A stretch of 62,407 nucleotides of DNA, counting the filler, from Perkinsus olseni (lineage: Eukaryota), in assembly GCA_013115125.1 (NCBI GenBank). It is 17 parts of 17 records of this genome, joined end to end, with 100 filler letters (N's around TTAATTAATTAA, not from the genome) between each part and the next. Parts side by side here need not be neighbours in the genome. Positions count along the whole stretch, not along the records: positions 1 to 3,633 come from JABANN010001370.1; positions 3,734 to 7,361 come from JABANN010001371.1; positions 7,462 to 11,079 come from JABANN010001372.1; positions 11,180 to 14,776 come from JABANN010001373.1; 13 more parts are not named here. One strand, given 5' to 3'. The notes beneath the pieces were generated by a model. The model was not told the origin of the DNA. It made no database searches and worked only from the letters and a program-made list of their open reading frames with translations. The translations under genes were made by a program, and so were the position numbers. Positions 1-12,136 of this stretch are shown here, piece after piece. Position 1 is the stretch's first letter. Each line of letters opens with the position of its first letter.

Positions 1-1952
1 ACATCGATAACCTACTTAGTTGTGAGTGATTACTCCCGAGAACTAATAATACCCCGTCGCCAAGGTTGAGTGGTGAAACGCAAGACGGCATAGCTGTGCT
101 GGCTAGCTCATTTCGTGAGAAGTTCTCACTGAGAACGTATTGCACTGGATGGTCATGGGCTAACCGAGGGCATGCGTGCAGCCACTCGGGGATGCGTGCA
201 ACCGCTCCGCAACACGGAGTGGAAACTTGTTAAAGAGGCCAATGTGAGTTGCCGAAGCTGATCTTCGGTCCCCTCGGCCGCAGAGCAAGTGCCTGATCGC
301 TCCCAGCAGTACAAGAGTCGTTCAAACTCGATGTGTGGATCATCAGCAGTGGATGGGTCACAAATGTTGGAATGTGAGATGATAGTGACAAAAGGTTAGT
401 CCCGTGGAGATTAGTTTGCCCCAACGTGATCGCCGATCACTGATCGGGTTTAACCCGACCAGTTGCGTTTATCTGGCCTGCTACCTCCCCTTATAGATAA
501 CATCATGGATCGATCTTCAACGCAGTCTTTCGTGGAACATTTTATACGTACACGCAAACAAGTGGCCGGGAGAGGTGCCATGACTCACAGCTCACAGAAG
601 CATGCCTCGAGGGGTGACAACAAGTTCCGAGGAGCGTTACTCAAACGAAGACCGAACAGTTCGTATCGGATGAGGATCACACTGGTTGCTCCGCGATTCC
701 CGCTATATGACAGCCCGGGTGTCTGTATCTCGAGCCAAGAGTCGTACTGGTCCAGGCATTTTTGCCTGGATCAAAAATGCCTCACCGTTACACCACTCCC
801 AGGATCGGTGTCTACCAGTGCTGAAAAATTTGGTCCCAGGACCGGTCCTAGGATCGATCCTTTGCTCCTCTCAACGCGTTCGGGATCGATCCGGGGATTG
901 ATCCTAGAACTGCTCCCAGAATCGATTGACTGAACAGAAAAAAGCGTCGGTCAATCCTGGGATTGATCCCGACTCGGGATTCCCGAGTCCCGGGATCGAT
1001 TTACTGAACAGCCCATCACTTTCTCAGTAAGCTGTGTGCTCCGGCACGCATCAATGTATTTTAGGGCGGGCGAGAATTTTTTTGGGGTAGTTGAGTCGGG
1101 CTTTGGGGCGCGCATGAGATTATGCTGACCACGGCTCCCGAAAGGAAAATAAAAGTAATTGAACTTCAATTATCAAAGAATTGAGTCGAAAGTGTGTCGC
1201 GGGAACGAAAAGGCAGTCTTTGGGGTATAGGGTTATTTGGAAGTTTTAAGGGCGAAAAAGATTTATTAGGGGCGGTTGAGCAGTTTTCGGGGCGCAGGGG
1301 CAGGTTAGAGGGCGCCTGCAGGCTTGCACCCTAATGATGGATGAACACGCTTAAGGAAATGCAAGATGGGCAAGTCACGCAAGATATGGAAATCAACGAA
1401 GATACTCCAAGAGCGTCGTCGTAACACAGTCGAATGTCGCCATCATCATCATCTCATAATAGTCGAGGCTACCATTATGGTACTGGGGAGGAGTTCGTCG
1501 TATCGAGTAGTAGTCGAGGACTACGAAAGGTAGTGAGTCTACCATCATACAGGATGAGCATACCAATACAATCGTACTCATTATTGAGGACGGAGAGGGA
1601 TAATATACATCGTATACATAACAAGAGGAGAACAACAACAACAACAACTGTTGATGATGATGATGAGGGTGGTGGTGGTATGATGAGGGTATAATGCTAT
1701 TAGTGATGGTGATGATAGTTGTTCAGATTATGGTAATACAAGGGGGAGGACATCGAAGAGATCGAATAGATTACCCAAAATAAGATCTAAAATATTATTG
1801 AACCCCTCATCATTGGTACATAGTAATAGCAGCAGTACCCTCATAAAGGTAATTTGGTGAGTGATGATGTGATGATACTATCATCATGACGATTGTCAGG
1901 CTATTAGTGCATCGTTATCATCATCAAAGGCTTATCCTAGTTCAGCTTCACC

Positions 1953-1983
<31 letters not shown>

Positions 1984-2440
1984 GGACGAAGAGGACGGTT
2001 GGTACGCAATAAAACAACATCATCACTGGGTCGAAGTATGGTAGTGATTAATGAAGTGATGACAGCGATTGATGATGACATATTACAGAAGAAAGATAGA
2101 TGGAATAGAGGTTATAGGCTACCGGGTAGACGGAAGAGGGGACCGGCATCATCATCATCATCATGCAATAGTAGTAGTAGTTACAGTAACGTCTTAGGGC
2201 TAGTACCGTGCACCACTGGATAGGTATTCTAATAAGGGGGGATGATGGTGATGATAATATGGGAAGAACATCAAAGAAGGCAGGAGGCGAAGTAGTAGCA
2301 TCATCATCATCAAGGCTTGATGGTAATACTTATTATAGTAGTAGTGATGTAGTAGTAGGGTGGTGGTGGTGGTGGTGGGTGTTATATTAGATAATAAGAA
2401 GTATACCTATAAGCCACACCCACATAGTCTTAATAATAAT

Positions 2441-3200
2441 GAGGTATTCGATGATGCTGATACGTATGAAGTCCACACTCCAGAGGAATGGTTGCAGCTT
2501 ATGACAAGGGAAGATAATAATAATGATGATGATGATGAGGAGGAGGAGGAGGAGGAGGAGAAGAAGGACTATCACGATATGATGCATAATGGGTATTGTT
2601 ATTATTACATAGATGGCCATTACACAATGGTACCATGCTGTGTGATGGGATATAATGGTAATAGGTAGAGTGCTCATGTGTAGTATTGAGTATTGCTACT
2701 ACTACTTCTACCATTATAGATACTAATCGTAAGTATAAAGTAAAGATATTAGTGGATGGTGGGAGTGGTGGTGTAAGAGAGGTTAATAGATTATCAATAA
2801 GGTTCCTGAAGGAAGACGCTCATAATTGGGCTAAGAGACAGGAAGTGTATCGGAGGAATAAGGAGGAGTACTACAAGAGAGTAATGTTGATGATGACAGC
2901 CACAATAATAGTACCACCCCTCACAGACATCGCCATCAGATACGTTTTATCAATGTTATCAATACTACATCACTATCATCATCATCATTACCATTACCAC
3001 CTGATAATGGTCATATAACCTCTTCGATGATGATACCGAATGATGAATGGTTGATGGATAGAGTTTATAACATGATGCCCAATAGACACTATCACAGTGA
3101 TGATAATGATCAAGTTATCATGAGATACATGGATAACACCATCAAAGAGGTAGAAGATGATTATACACACTCAATGAAGATACACAAACTGTTACTGCTA
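2441..3200 (+). CDS. Probable axonemal dynein heavy chain, N-terminal region (DNAH1-like), multi-exon fragment with low-complexity inserts
   Basis: Ordered motifs EVFDDADTYEVHTPEEWL, PCCVMGYN, RLSIRFLKED, EVEDDYTHSMK resemble, from recall, the DNAH1 N-terminus (VFDNEDFDCRTPREW ... RIQLLFCAED ... EVSLDYERSM); exon limits approximate. Confidence 0.5.
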
Positions 3201-3322
3201 CATCGAGGATCATCATCATACCATAGTAAGAGTAGTAGGACATCAACAAGCATCGTCAGCATCATACCATCACCACCCACAACGTAAGGTATACTATGTG
3301 TACAGCATCACCGTTGCTCCTG

Positions 3323-3353
<31 letters not shown>

Positions 3354-3556
3354 GTCGTTATCAGGTACGATGATATCATCGAGAAAATAGCACGGTCTAT
3401 ACGACACCCATCATGTAGTAGATATTACGGCTATGCTATACCATGGCCATATGGCGATAGTAGCGATGGGGGAGGAAGGAGGAGACTGAAGCAGGTGGTG
3501 AGTGGAGTAGGGAGGATGCTGCTGCTGCTGCTGCTGCTGCTGATGATCCAGAAGTA

Positions 3557-3633
3557 GTTGTTGTTGTTGTTCTTGTTGTTGTTCTTGTTGTTGTTCTTGT
3601 TGTTGTTCTTGTTGTTGTTCTTGTTGTTGTTCT
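3557..3633 (+). repeat. Compound TTG/TTC microsatellite at scaffold end
   Basis: Repeating ttgttgttgttc unit. Confidence 0.95.
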
Positions 3634-5172
3634 NNNNNNNNNNNNNNNNNNNNNNNNNNNNNNNNNNNNNNNNNNNNTTAATTAATTAANNNNNNNNNNN
3701 NNNNNNNNNNNNNNNNNNNNNNNNNNNNNNNNNGGGGACTGATCTACAAGATCAGTCGGGGCCGTGCTCTTCAAGACCAGATCTGGGGAAAGGTCCTTCG
3801 TCCCGTGCACGATGATGGTAACCACGAATAGGTAGAAGATGAACTTCATGCTATAAAGGGCTGCGAGTCGGACGTTCAAGGGATGTACGTTGCCCACGTG
3901 TTATTCTACACGCGAGCTGCATGAGCTCCCTCATGACTATCTGTCCCTCTCAGCATCGCCAACAGCCGCTCTACAGCCCGCTGCGGGGTGATCGGTTGTT
4001 ACACTCCAGGGGCCTCAGCGGGACGAAGTTCATGCGATACATGAGAGAGAGAGCGTATCCTTAGGTCGATGCATGCTGCACTCAGATCGACTATGTATAT
4101 CCATGAGGACGAGGGCGCCACATGGAGGTTGGGTAGGAGCCACCTAGGGTTCTGCCAGAGCGGCCCATGATTGCGTGTGGCATAGCTGATGGATTAGTGG
4201 ACATCTCCAATGATGGTTTACTGTCCACATTGGTTCTTCGAGGCTTGGGCGAAGATGTTGACAACGACTGTGAGGCCTACTTACCATGTGTACGCATACG
4301 CTAACTGACGAGTTAGGGAAGACTGATCGTGGCTGGCGTCGCTGTAGCGGGACGACGGCGGGGTTTTCAGGAGTGAATGGCAACGTCTCTTCAAGGAACC
4401 TCCTTATCTTTGTCTAGGACTCCTCGAGCCAGCCTTGAAGCCAGGGATGTGCAACTTCCTAGAGTTGAGCTCTCACAGTTGAGGAGGTGGACCCGGACTA
4501 CTCATCAGCTAGGGAATACAAACGGGAACTAACGGGACAGGATGGCAGCTTCATCGAACCTGTCAAAGTTTGACAGTCAAACTGCCCAATCCTCTGTCAG
4601 ATTCCGCCACAACGGAGCACTCCTGGAGTGGCTGGTGAGATTCTTCCGTTGACGGCATGCGTTCACCTGGTGAACGGCGACGGCAACTGGCTGTGCCGGT
4701 GGTGAGCTTCACCACCGGCAGATGCCGTCGCTGCACTCATAGTCGATATTAGTCCGGGGTGCATACACAGCAACGATATCGACCCAGTCGACTCGACTTG
4801 AGCGTGCCCGACACCCCGATCCACTACCAAGCTCAAGGCCCTGTGGTCGTATTAGCACATCCTGTTGTTTGGAGGAAATAGAGGTTACTTATGATGAAAG
4901 CAAAGAACCAGAGGAAGACTTCGGTCGTGTCGATATCTTCGATTTTTTCGTGTCGCGACCTCGCGGACCTGGAGAATCCTGAGGGAGGAGTTTTCTGGCC
5001 CGGAGGGAGCGCTGCGATGGGGCGTCTAAATTCCCCGACAATATATTTGACTTAAACACGAGGATACACCGCTTGTGACAACATGATGAACAACACCGTA
5101 ACAACAACATTAGTATAGATATCACGTCTCGTATGGACTCGGTCGATGGTATGCATGTGGCTGGTAAGGAAG

Positions 5173-6780
5173 CTAATTCTTTGATAGAGGCTCGCTCTGT
5201 TCCGAGGGTTTGAAATAAACGTTTATAGCTTCTTTGTCGTAAGGACTCTCCGCGCCGAAGTGAGCCGCTACGCCATTTCCATGATCGAAGCAGAAGTACA
5301 TCCCCTTCTCTGGTTGGAAACGTTCAACGCTCTCTCCTAGACTGTTCAGGGTTTCCACCAAATCAGTGTAGAGCAAAATCGGACTGCTCTCGGAATCGAG
5401 CTCCGAGTTAACTCCCCAGCAGTTCTTGCCAGCGTCTTCGTTCAGCGAGGCCCGGAGCTGGTAAGTATCTTTCCCCTGGAACGAGAGCTGCAAGTTGATA
5501 ATGCCTTCCTCCACATGCCAGACGCTGAGTGAGATCGACCTCTCGCCATCGGGACCATCGACGCTGTAGTAACCGTCTACACGGGACTCCAGGGTCACCC
5601 TGGCCTTCTTAGCCTCGGTAACCGTGGGAGCCGATTCCTTCCTTTTAGCCACGGACGTCGCATGCCTTCCGTCAGCGGTACTGTGGGATACTCCTGAATA
5701 CCCGGACGATGGTTGGCCCTTAACAAGCTTCACACTCCTCATCGCCTCAGTCCCCCAATCCTTCTTGTTCAGTACGAGTAGTACCTCGTTTTCGTTGCCA
5801 CCAGGGCAGAGACAAATGGTCCTCCAGTTCACTGACCCAGGCGGAGCGAGGGAAGCAAGTTTTTGGATGATAATGTCTGCACTGCCCTCAGGATGGGCTA
5901 GTCCCTGGCGTTCTTCCACTACGGCGTCCAAGCATCCATTGACAATGCGTTCTTTGCTTGCCGCACCTAGGTTGTGCGACAAATACCCTCTCTTCAGCCG
6001 AATAGGACCGAGTACAACCTCATTGGCGGGTTCGTCGATCTGGGTGATGAACATGGATGGGAACTTGTAGGAGGCGGGGATAGACGCTAAATCGATAGTG
6101 AATGTGGATACACCTTTGAAGACCGGGACAGGGGCGATATAGTGACCCAGCGACAAGGCTGGGCCTTTCGCGCCATCTTCATCTGCTTCTCTGGCGGCCC
6201 CCTCGACCTTGTCCACGCGGATCTCTCCGTGCTTCTCATGATGACGGTCCAGGACAACGATCCAAGCGTTATCGTTGCTCCCTGGACATATGGCAAGTGT
6301 GGCGAGACCAAACTTAGGAATCGCCTTGAAGTGGGCCACTTGCCGCGTCAACTTTATGAAAGCCAGTCTCATTCCCTCGTCCGCGTTCGTCCGGCGCATA
6401 ACGAAGCATCGCCTCACGTTTAACTGATGCTCAACTTCAGAGCTAGACCCCGAGTTTGTACGGCTCAAAGGAGCGAAAGGGGTTGTTATATTATCCCCAT
6501 TTGATAAGTGGAAAGTGAACCTCCCTTTTTCATCGTATTTTGTCCCTCGTGGCCTAGTGCATTCAAAGCTCAAACCAGAGAGCCCTTCGATCACGTTGGA
6601 TAGATCACCCGAGGAATAAACGCCGGGGCTGATCAGCACCCACTTGCTGTAAGAACCCCTTCGCCCGCGCATCCCAGGATCAACAGTAGCAGCGTGGATG
6701 AGGCAGAGGCGAGGCAGAATTCTGGAGTGAACGAGGCCCATATGATAGGGAACGTGTATGTCTGAGAAGAAAACATGCAA
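5173..6780 (-). CDS. Hypothetical lineage-specific protein with internal domain repeat
   Basis: 535-aa uninterrupted ORF; repeated motif LAICPGSNDNAWIVVLD / ICLCPGGNENEVLLVLN; start codon uncertain. Confidence 0.7.
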   Translation of the reverse strand: MHVFFSDIHVPYHMGLVHSRILPRLCLIHAATVDPGMRGRRGSYSKWVLISPGVYSSGDLSNVIEGLSGLSFECTRPRGTKYDEKGRFTFHLSNGDNITTPFAPLSRTNSGSSSEVEHQLNVRRCFVMRRTNADEGMRLAFIKLTRQVAHFKAIPKFGLATLAICPGSNDNAWIVVLDRHHEKHGEIRVDKVEGAAREADEDGAKGPALSLGHYIAPVPVFKGVSTFTIDLASIPASYKFPSMFITQIDEPANEVVLGPIRLKRGYLSHNLGAASKERIVNGCLDAVVEERQGLAHPEGSADIIIQKLASLAPPGSVNWRTICLCPGGNENEVLLVLNKKDWGTEAMRSVKLVKGQPSSGYSGVSHSTADGRHATSVAKRKESAPTVTEAKKARVTLESRVDGYYSVDGPDGERSISLSVWHVEEGIINLQLSFQGKDTYQLRASLNEDAGKNCWGVNSELDSESSPILLYTDLVETLNSLGESVERFQPEKGMYFCFDHGNGVAAHFGAESPYDKEAINVYFKPSEQSEPLSKN

Positions 6781-7461
6781 TTGGAGCCGGAAACTGGTTC
6801 CGCGCGATGAAGCTCATTTCTTGAATTTTTGATGGTATAGGGCGGGCGAGAAATCCGAAATACGGCAGTGTCGGATCGCTGAGGACGCTGTTGTGCGGGC
6901 TACTCGATGCAAGAGTCATGTTGTATAGAGGCCATGCCATTTCAGCCTGAGATTATCAGGTCCTTGTACTGGCGAAGAGTTTCCGATACGACGCTAGCTC
7001 GGGCAAGTGCTCTTGATTCAACAGAACTTTCTCGAGTTGGACCTTCGCGTAGAATCTCTCGTAGGATTTTTGGCAGCTCAACGGGGATCCAATAATCGAG
7101 TACTCACCACTCAGATGGAGGAGCAGCAATGGGTTGGTCGAACCAGTAAGAGACAGACAACTCTCCCAATGGAGGGAATCACTCAGGAATGCCAAGATCT
7201 GGAGGGACTGGAAGAGGTGGCTCCGAACCCCCGAACAGCTCAGCGAGCACTGTGCAGGTTGGTGTCACGGTGACTCACGGTGCGTGAAGCTTCTCACTGT
7301 GGGGCTCTCAGCCTTGCCCCAGGCAAGGGCGGCAGCTCAAATGCCAGGAATGTGGGGACCANNNNNNNNNNNNNNNNNNNNNNNNNNNNNNNNNNNNNNN
7401 NNNNNTTAATTAATTAANNNNNNNNNNNNNNNNNNNNNNNNNNNNNNNNNNNNNNNNNNNN

Positions 7462-7530
7462 CTCCATCGCAGCCCAATATCTCCGGATCTTGTGTTACAC
7501 TTCTAGCAGCTCAGCTGCGAGTGTTGCTAG
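7462..7530 (+). repeat. 69-bp unidentified repeat end terminating in CTAG (copy 1)
   Basis: Identical to reverse complement of 51436-51504; one mismatch to 47977-48045. Confidence 0.95.
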
Positions 7531-8000
7531 GTTTTCGTCACTGAGCTGTCGACGACATCTTGGGCTACTTGAAAATCAGACATAGGAACATAAGTACAGG
7601 GGTCTTCTTTCAACTTGTTCAAGAACGGGCTCTGCGGGATCAGCTCTGGAGGAGCTTTGAGAGCCCACAGGCCAACGTGATCCTGTAGGTTCTTCAAGGC
7701 AGTTGCCATGTTAAAGACCTCGACTTCCTTCTCAGCTGTTTTACGTTTCAGAGACCGGCGCGCTTGCGCTTCCTCTGTTATAACATCCACCCCGAGTCTA
7801 GCCGACGCCTTGCTCGCTACACCGTTATAAGCGATGAGTACAGCATAAACCAGTGCCACTGGGGCTTGAGCTAAGAAGTCGATTGTAGTTAGATCGTTAT
7901 TCACCAAGTTCGAAACCGGAGTGTTCAAGGCGTCCTCAGTGATGGGGTTCTCTCCCAGAAGGCCCTTGACCAACGCTTTAACCTTCCTCCAACCGCTCTA
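7527..8000 (-). pseudogene. Gene or element fragment bounded by repeats on both sides
   Basis: ~150-codon open frame lacking an ATG start; begins at the 15-bp array and stops at the TAG of the CTAG junction. Confidence 0.35.
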
Positions 8001-8002
8001 AC

Positions 8003-8698
8003 CTCGTACATATAATACTCGTTCATGTAGTAAGTCGTACACATAAGGTTCGTACACGTGAATCTCATACACTGACAACTCGTACACGAGCACGACTCGT
8101 CCACTATGCTTGCTGAGCCGCATTTTTGGGCCGCGCGCTGGGTGCAATGACGGAGCGAAGGAAGTTGTATCGTCTATAGGGACCGAACTGTTCGCGCCAC
8201 TCTATGAGAAAAAGTTTGTTAGTGTGAGTGGTATGGTGGTTAAGGTAGCGGACTTTCGAACGGAAAACCGCAAGTTCGAACCAATGTGCAGAGAGTCCCT
8301 AACCAGGGAGGAAGTAGAGTGGCACTAAGGGGAGCGAGAGCGCGAAAATTTTTTTGCCAAGTCGCGGAACAGCTCCGCGACTAAAGAATTTTCGCGGAGT
8401 GTACGAAATGACGGTGTAAGACTTGAAACTGGAGTTGTGTACGAAATGTGAGTGTATGAAATGCTGGTATAGGAGTTGAAAGTGTACGACTATTATGCGT
8501 ACGGGTGCTATATGTACGGGTATTACGTATACGAGCATCATGTATATGAGTTTTATATGTACGAATCTCTCGTGTATGAGTATTTTGTGTATGACTATTC
8601 GGTGTACGAGTATTTCGTGTATGATTAGGAAGTGTATGAGTATTGGAGACATGAGTCGAAAATGTGCGACTATTTGGTGTACGAGCCGTGAACATCCC
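8003..8698. mobile_element. Foldback/MITE-like element with inverted arrays of 15-bp phased repeats (core GTGTAYGAG)
   Basis: ~6-7 CTCGTACAC-type units at 8003-8100; 17 exactly phased GTGTAYGAG-N6 units at 8437-8685 plus two more near 8399-8422; left terminus appears truncated, no TSD found. Confidence 0.6.
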
Positions 8699-8721
8699 AT
8701 ATCAGTGGGTCCTGCAACCCA

Positions 8722-10850
8722 GTGATGTTTGTACTAGAACACCGACTTCTGGTACTGCCCTACTACCGGCCGACTTCTCCACTTTCGACGAGGGTCTCCG
8801 ACCTTGTCCCCGAGACCTTCGTGTATAAGGCGCCCCCGAAGGGATTGGTTGGTCCCCACCAGGTTAACATCGTGCAGGCTGAAGACCAGGGGTTTGACGA
8901 CTTCGTGACCATTCAGATGCTTCGGGACGGACAAAATGCGTCCGATCGAGTCAGTGCTATCAGACAAGCTCTCATTGACAAGAAGGACAAGTACTGCAAG
9001 ACCAACGATGACGGTTTGGTTGTCAGAGTCACGGTTGTGGACATCCCCGATGAAACCGAAGCCCCGACCGCGGTACCAGCTCAAGTCTTGGTCTCGGACG
9101 TCCCTCTTCAAGTACGGCTCGCGAAGGCTGCTCATCAGGTCCCGACCGTGGGCGTCGTGGTACTCTCAACTTCCTCCGCAACTCCTACTTCTGGCGTAAG
9201 ATGAGGACGACCATGAAGCACGTCTGTGACCAGTGCCCCCGTCCCAAGTCAAGAAGATCTCCCTGGTGCTGTTGCGTGTGTGTGAGTTTAAAGTCCAACG
9301 CCAACAGGCCGGCTTATTTAGACTAGCACCGACGCACCTTTCTAAGGAGGGTTAGTTCAGCCTGTGAAATATGCTCTGCTCGTCAAGCCAAAGAACGTTG
9401 CTCTCGGAGCGAGGTCATCGTCAGCTGGGGAAAACGTTCTTTTCTCCCGGCTCCTGGAGTCCGCTTCCACAGCTGCGAGGGCTGTGCACGACCACGATAC
9501 ACTAGCCCATCCCGCAGTGTGTCGACCACAAGTGTCATCTCCCAGATTCGAAAAGTTCATACCCTGGCTTAGACTCCCTCTTACCGAGAGCTGCCGCTCG
9601 TATACAGGGTGGCGATTTGAAAAGGGCAAACCCCTCATGAATTTTTCATGCGAACGAGTTGAGAGTTGTAACGCACACAATCGAAAAGTCCACATTCAAA
9701 TGCTGTTGCCATCTCATTATCCAAGACTTATGGGTCACGGTGAGAGAGTCCACAAGAATATCCACAACTTCATGCGCACCGCAGCCCAACCGCAGCCTTC
9801 CACTGTGCACTCCGTGTGGTAAACACTCGTCCTTACGCTGACTCCAAGAGCGATGGTGGTCTCTCTCCTCACGACATACACCTCAGCAAGGCCCGTATCC
9901 CTGGATACAATTTCTGGACCCCGCCCTCGGTGACAAATTGTACTCAAGTCTCCGCTCTGCCTCGCCTATTGTGCCCTTGGATGTCTATTAGGACGTCAAT
10001 GCCATCCGTCAGCAGCGTTCAAGTCTCACTTCAAGTCCGGTTGGTCGGATCGCCGTGAAAAGCTCCGTCTTGAAACTCTACGACGTCCTGCTATGCCTGA
10101 GATCAACCCCGGTGACTCGGCCTATGTGTTGCAACCGATGATTGAGAAGCTTCTCTGGAGATGAGGAGGTCTCTATACTGTGAAGGCCGTCGACCATTCT
10201 ATTGTCACCATCGGCGGCAAGAGCGGTCTGGAGGAGAAGGTCTACCAGGGCAACTGTCGCAAGGTTGAGATCGGCGACACTGTTCCTAGAGCTGCTGAGG
10301 ACCCGGCCTGGGATCGTGACCGATGTTGCCAGTGTTATGCCGTCGCCCACTGACCGTTCGATGCTCTCTTTTGATGCTGAAGTTCCCCCTCAACACGTCC
10401 CTTCTGAAGAAGGACCCAATCCGACCGCGCCTCCGATCCTACTGACCCTTCTCTGGACTCGAAAAGTCGTCAAGCCCGCAGTCGCCTGGGTCTGGCCATC
10501 GCCTTCGTGGAGTCTCATGATGATGGCATCACGATGTAGGGAAGGGTACTCGTGCCAGGTGGTCTCCTTCTGACCGTTCAGCTCTAGTGGCCGATCCTGG
10601 TTCCACTCCTCCGATCGCCACTGCGGCTGACTGCTCTTTTTCGACGACTACTTTGAGTTCAGATTTGGTCCGAGTCTTCGACCTTAAAAGTTCCGCCTTT
10701 CAACTATTTAGTTGGAGAATGCCCCCAACAAGGCCTATGGTGTCGAAGATGGACCTTTTTGATACATGATGATGACGAGAGTCTGATGAGTGTACATTTC
10801 CCTTTTGATTAATTAATCCTTAGTATATGTCGTCCCTTTGGCCCGGGGAG
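8722..10850 (+). mobile_element. Degenerate LTR-retrotransposon integrase region
   Basis: Frameshifted zinc-binding motif (AH..., RGRRGTLNFLRNSYFWRKMRTTMKHVCDQC), core end PSHYPRLMGHGERVHKNI, many stops; possible PPT GGGGAG then TG at ~10845-10852. Confidence 0.7.
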
Positions 10851-11006
10851 TGCGGCGTGCGATGGCTCAACTTTGTTCTCGCACGCCAGATATCTCTTTG
10901 TGTGAAACGGTCGAGCTGAACTGAGCTCGACGCTAGTAGTTTTTCACCATCCTCTGACCGGATCATCATGTGATTCATCGCCACTTGAGAGTCGCACTAT
11001 TGACCG

Positions 11007-11079
11007 TTCTTCTTCTTCTTCTTCTTCTTCTTCTTCTTCTTCTTCTTCTTCTTCTTCTTCTTCTTCTTCTTCTTCTTCT
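11007..11079 (+). repeat. (TTC)n microsatellite at scaffold end
   Basis: ~24 perfect units. Confidence 0.98.
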
Positions 11080-12136
11080 NNNNNNNNNNNNNNNNNNNNN
11101 NNNNNNNNNNNNNNNNNNNNNNNTTAATTAATTAANNNNNNNNNNNNNNNNNNNNNNNNNNNNNNNNNNNNNNNNNNNNGTGTTGTGTTGAAAAGGGACA
11201 GTAATAATTGTGTATGTAAATCATGACGATAATAGTATCGGTTCTTGTACATGTACTTACTTGAGTATCGCCGTAAAAACTTGAGGCGCCTTAAGTAATC
11301 CTAAATTTAAGGCCCAGTGATGTCACTTAAGTAGGGAAATAGTTTACCGGGAAAACTTGAGGCGCCTTGAGGTTTATTTAAGGCGCTACTTGAGCTTAAG
11401 GAGCAGATTTGCTCCTATGAAACAGGCCCATCATCTTTCTGTTGATCATTTGAAACTCAAGATCGCATGGTTCATGGAATCCTGAGATTCTGACCACCTT
11501 GAGCTACACTATGAAGTCCTCTGCTGACGTCAGGCTGAGCTGAGGTTCCGAAGTAACTAAGGCATAGTTGTGCGCTTTCTCAACTACGCTTGTCACATCC
11601 ATTCTTGCATGCCCGCAGTGTGTACGAAGTTACTCGAGGCATGAGTCGTATGAGGTCCGAAGGTGTCTATTTAGAACCATCACCACCGTGGTACTACCAC
11701 GTCGAACTATTTGAGTGAAGGTGAGTGGAGGAGAGTGTCTAATGGCCGATCGGACCTTGTCGTCCTACCGTAGAGCAATCCAACTCTGGGTCAACGCAAA
11801 ATGCGATACTCGTGAAAAAATCGGTCGTTCATAGTTGAAGGTAGAAAGAGAAAGGTACACGTTGCCCGCAGCCCATGAAATGAGCTTCAGCAGAAATAAT
11901 CATTCTTGATGATATTTGAGCGCCTGAAGTGAAAGACATTTCACCCCAGACCTAATCGGTGAGATTATGCAATGATGATCTGACAATCAGTAATAGCTTA
12001 TCCCCAAGAAAGTCATATTAGTATCGTCAAGCTGGGGAAAACGGAAAACGGCCCTATGAGGCTTGAAGTTGGCTCTGTGCACCATGACCTCACCGTACTC
12101 AAGTCCTGCGGGGTACCCTCCGGGTTGTTTATAAGT

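Noticed and set aside
1062-1333. Complete hAT MITE (TAGGG...CCCTA; left 15-mer recurs at ~6838)
   Set aside because: Ends match only ~5 bp and no 8-bp TSD; at most a remnant
3634-3733. Regularly spaced TTAATTAATTAA palindromes as a biological periodic element
   Set aside because: Artificial six-frame-stop linker inside N runs; the spacing reflects size-sorted scaffolds
6907-7361. Retrotransposon gag fragment (ends QLKCQECG)
   Set aside because: Only half a zinc knuckle at the scaffold end and broken frames; insufficient support
7503-7531. Canonical Helitron 3' end
   Set aside because: CTAG is part of the stem rather than ~11 nt downstream of it, and the next base is not T in any of three copies
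8437-8685. CRISPR-like array or His-pentapeptide protein (ORF 8299-8700)
   Set aside because: Repeat (9 bp) and spacer (6 bp) are far too short, no cas genes, eukaryotic context; the inverted partner array breaks frame, so the ORF is probably a by-product
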